DNA of 64,000 nucleotides from Podarcis erhardii (taxonomy: Eukaryota). Within the stretch, counting starts at the first letter, position 1. Each line of letters opens with the position of its first letter. The position numbers and the translations under genes are program-made. The notes beneath the pieces were generated by a model that did no database searches, was not told where the DNA came from, and worked only from the letters and a program-made list of their open reading frames with translations. The DNA is taken from the NCBI GenBank assembly GCA_964252035.1, contig OZ176202.1. The stretch is one strand, 5' to 3'. Below are positions 60,011-64,000 of this stretch, in pieces.

Positions 60011-63000
60011 CATCCTACTTCCCAAGCATCTGCTCCTGTATTGCTGTCTCACATTCCCCAGAGGAATTTCTGATGTTTGCTTTTATATTTGTAAGCTGCT
60101 TCAGAAAACTTCTTTATGGAGAGGAAAGCAGGGTACGTTTTTTAAAAAAACCAATAGCACCTGCATAGCGTTTGGGGACTTAGTAGCTAGTATGGTTCAG
60201 TGTGTTAACTGTCACCTTCTTTATCTGGGACCCCCCTGCTGTCTAATGAGAGAAATGTTATACTTTGTCACAATGACTCTGCCATTGCATTGTCATTTTG
60301 TGTCGGGCAACTCTTGCCTGTATTATTTCCAAATTCCTTTTAGCCCTGCATGCCTATGATTTAAATTCAAAGGGCTCCTCAGGCAGCTGGTATGTTTGAA
60401 TAAACAGAACGAACGCAGATGAGTTACTGAGCTGTTAGGTGAGATAGCAAACCCTGCTAGTCTGTTGTTTTGCACTAACTTCTAACCTAAACTACTTTAG
60501 CACACTGAAAATACAAGCCTAATCACACTTATTAGAGAGTAAGACCAACTGAGCTCAGTGGGGCTTATTTCTGAGTACATGTGTCTGAATCTGCACTATT
60601 AATCCTTGCAAATTACTGTTGCTTAAATTGTATCCCTAGACTTATATTTCACCACTATTTCCCACTCAGGCTCCAATCTACTAAATTTAATATTTGATCA
60701 CTGGAAAGAGCCTAGATTCTCTGTCTAATTTTTTCGAATGAGAATACTCTTTGTGGGCCATGATCCTTGCCTGAAGGGAGAGAGGATGGTGCTTGCTCTG
60801 AATTATGTGTTTCCTCCTTCCTCCCCAATCCATTGCCCTTTTGTGTTGTGCCTTTTTAAGATGTAAGCCTGAGGGCAGGGACTCTCTTGGTTGTAGTAAA
60901 CCAAGTTGGGAGATTTGCCCCCCCCCCCCCAAAAAAGTAAGATGCACATTCTGCAAATAAATAAGATTCACAAAATCAGCTATCTGAGGCAGCTCCCTCG
61001 CTTTGCCTGAGGGCAGAGCCAGTCCTAATATTTCCACTTCTAGACATGCTCTGAGCTCTGCCTCTGGATTCAGAGGGCCTACTTCCAAGGCCCTACCCAG
61101 GGACCATAATTTCTAAGGTATTTCTGGGTAGGGACCATAATTTCTAAGTTTGTTCACATGTTACACTGAACGCAGGTACAAACTACCTCTACACATAAGT
61201 GTTTGTGTGAAAGAGCGTACACTTGTTGGTTTATACTGCTCAACTATTGTGTACAGAGGTACATACGCTGTACACTTGTTGAATGGTACATGTCAGTAAC
61301 CGTACGAGCTAAACTATTTGTGTATTCAGACTCAACACCCATTGAATGGAATGTGTGACCTCTCCTTTTTTGCTTTTAAAAAGATGGCAACCCTGTTTAG
61401 GTAACAAAGCTCTATTGGAAAGGCAGAGCTCACATAATATTCTTGGAATATTAAAGCTGCCAAACATTGGCTGACAAATCAAAACCAAATCTAGGTGTGA
61501 AAATCTAGTGATGATTGAATTTGATAATTCACCCCTCTAAAAATAATAATAATAATAATAATCCTTTTTTGGTTCCATAAACACATTGACTACATAATCT
61601 ATGTATATGTAATAATACATAGTTGTTATTTTGGTCTATGAAGTTAAGTGTATGTTCTCCCATTTTGTACCCAGGGGAGGGAGGGAAATCAATTCTGGTG
61701 TAATTAGAATTCAGACCACTGGTATAGTTTTACAAAGGTCATTTTAGACTGGAGTGAGATTGAGAGTGTTGTTGTTAATCGAACAGAGGATATTTAGTCA
61801 GTCTCTTTTACAATAAATGGAGAGAGCAAACAACATTAAGCCCGCTATCACTGCAGCCTCTCAGATGTGCCTTAAAAACCACCCTTACTTTGTTTAATAT
61901 GACTTCAGTGGAGCAGATTGCCCTCTCCAGCATTACTTGATCTGTGTAATAGGAAGCAGTGTTACAATACAAACCTGAGTGTATCTGTTCCATATAAATG
62001 CACTGCAGTTGATAGCCATGGAACTTCAGCTCCAAATATCTGGTTTGATTTCATTTTACTTTTAATTTGTATGCCCCCTTTCTATATTACTGATTCACTA
62101 CAAAAAGTTTGCGATAAAAACATAACTTTCAGATAACAACAATATTCAATAATTCATTAGAATATTATAGTAGACAATAAGATCAAATATCAGCAAATAA
62201 AGTGCTTAACCCAAGTTCCTAAGCTCCATGCACTTCTCTTATTCAGTGGCACAAGACTGTCTTTATAATACTCTTCTCTTCTCTTCTCCTGCAACTACTG
62301 TACCACAACACTGCACATAAACTACTAAAACTACGATCTTTCCTATATATGCCCACTCAGTCCCACTGATTTCAACACCACATAATCCCAGGATTGTAGC
62401 CTTAAAGACATACCAACTTCCTTTGCTAATGTTCACCATAAACCAATTTCCCTTGCCTCCCCACATTTTATTCATGCATTCATGGTTTATATTCCTTGCC
62501 TTTTTAAGAAAACAATCTTGCAAGGCAATCTACAGGCATGCTGGTCATCGGATATTATTCTTCCCCATTCTGCTGAGATACCTATATAGTTTATATAGGT
62601 ATAAACTACTACATACCAATTTTATGCAAGTCCCACCCTCCCCCCTGATTTTGGTGGTATATTTCATCACTTTTTTGGTGAGATATAACTAGCTACTCAA
62701 TTGCTATCCTTAGTTTGTATGGTTTTGCCATCTGAGAAGTGTGGTTGGGACTATATTCAATTAGGGTGCATTCAAATATATGTAATAGGAGCTGCTTCAC
62801 TATAGAAGCATATACATCATGTTCGTGTCACATATACCAAATCCTCTCTAGGATCAAGATCAATATCTGGCGGGTGATTGATCAAACATGCATTTTTTTT
62901 TAATGTTAAAAGGTAGGCATGGGGAAAGACAAGAGAAATGAGATGGAGGGAGGAGAAGCTGGGGTCATTCAATAGAAAGGAAAAGCAGCGACTGACTTCT

Positions 63001-63664
63001 ATTAGTTACTCTGGGACTTCTGAGAAGAAACTTCAATGGAAGCAAGAACATAGCTGTTCTTTGGTAATGTATGACTAGCCTTGACCAAGCTAAAACTAGT
63101 CTTGATCTCTTATTTTAAATTATAAATCTTTTCTGTTTTAAACTCAGCTTCCTATTTCTTAACTGCTAATGTAATCTTCGAAACATTTCAAGAACAATTA
63201 ATTGAGGTTGGTGTTTTGTTTTTTTTAAAAAAGAAAAGCTAGGAATCATCTCTCCACGTTAAGTTTATTTTCCTATTGTAATCTTATTATACCTTTCACT
63301 TGCTTGATGCGTTTAAGATTAACTTTCATTTATAAGAGGTTTATTTAGCATATTAATCCATCCCTTTCAATTTATAACCATTGTTCTTGCAAGCAAGCCA
63401 TCCCATGTGATTTTGTAATGTTCATGCTTTGAAGACTGAGAAAACAACGTTATTCTTTTCAACTGGTCTGGTTTATGACTGATAACACACTTAGACCTTT
63501 GATCACTGGAAAGTAGGTACAGGCCTGAGGGCCAAACCGCACACAACACAGAGATCTGTGTCATTTCAACAACACTCTTTAAAAACAAAGAGCAGCTAAC
63601 GGGGGCTGTATGTCTGCGAATGGAGGAAAGGCACAACTTTTTGCCAACAATCGCTTTTCCTCCA

Positions 63665-64000
63665 CTCCTTTTTATTTATTTATTTGAGTTTCTGATACAA
63701 TTCCATATCAAAGAAATGAACGGAAACAATGCAAACGACACACAAAACTCCCCTCTGAAATAGAAATTAAATAACAATTTTAGGATATAAAAAAATAAAC
63801 AGAAAACCAGAAATCATTTCTCCACCGTCTTCCCATCCTCTCTTTCCATGGTTCCTTTTGTCTCTTTTTCTCGTGTTTTCTTCATTCACCCAGTCTGTCA
63901 CAACTTCTTATATACACTTTAGTTTTTTCTTACACTGCTCAAAATCTTACCATCTTGCTAGGTTAATTGTTTGTTTATAATACTTTTTCATATATTCAAT
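63665..64000 (-). mobile_element. Possible L1-type LINE 3' end running off the window
   Basis: (TTTA)n tail followed by minus-strand coding-like sequence. Family not firmly identified. Confidence 0.35.

Noticed and set aside
44300-64000. Downstream protein-coding gene
   Set aside because: No exon-like segment with a recognisable product; ORFs are short and repeat-derived or random.

Overview
Vertebrate (squamate, most likely lacertid lizard, judged from Sauria/Squam-type SINEs) genomic DNA containing the 3' half of QKI (Quaking, STAR/KH RNA-binding protein) on the + strand. Visible parts, using human exon numbering: a long intron 4 (1-21459), exon 5 (21460-21547) and exon 6 (29558-29854). 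The QKI-7 terminal exon (30834-30889) is diverged, whereas the QKI-6 terminal exon (32318-32343, GMAFPTKG*) is intact. The two QKI-5-specific exons are not visible and are inferred to lie inside N-gaps (33039-33186, 37643-37921). Long AU-rich 3' UTR sequence runs to about 44.3 kb, followed by gene-free, repeat-rich DNA. Repeats include CR1, L2, RTE and L1-like LINE remnants, tRNA-derived SINEs, Tc1/mariner-superfamily and hAT MITEs, a solo LTR and microsatellites. Most notable observations: (1) a Penelope-like retroelement insertion forming a perfect 102-bp-arm palindrome that carries minimal, dimer-type hammerhead ribozyme motifs on both strands within the QKI intron; (2) a textbook 3' splice site followed by an in-frame 43-codon ORF between the QKI-7 and QKI-6 exons, a candidate extra QKI C-terminal isoform; (3) a rewritten QKI-7 tail; (4) assembly gaps clustered on the most conserved QKI segments. 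No prokaryotic features, CRISPR arrays or intact tRNA/rRNA genes were seen. All family assignments are from recognition of sequence motifs, not database searches.
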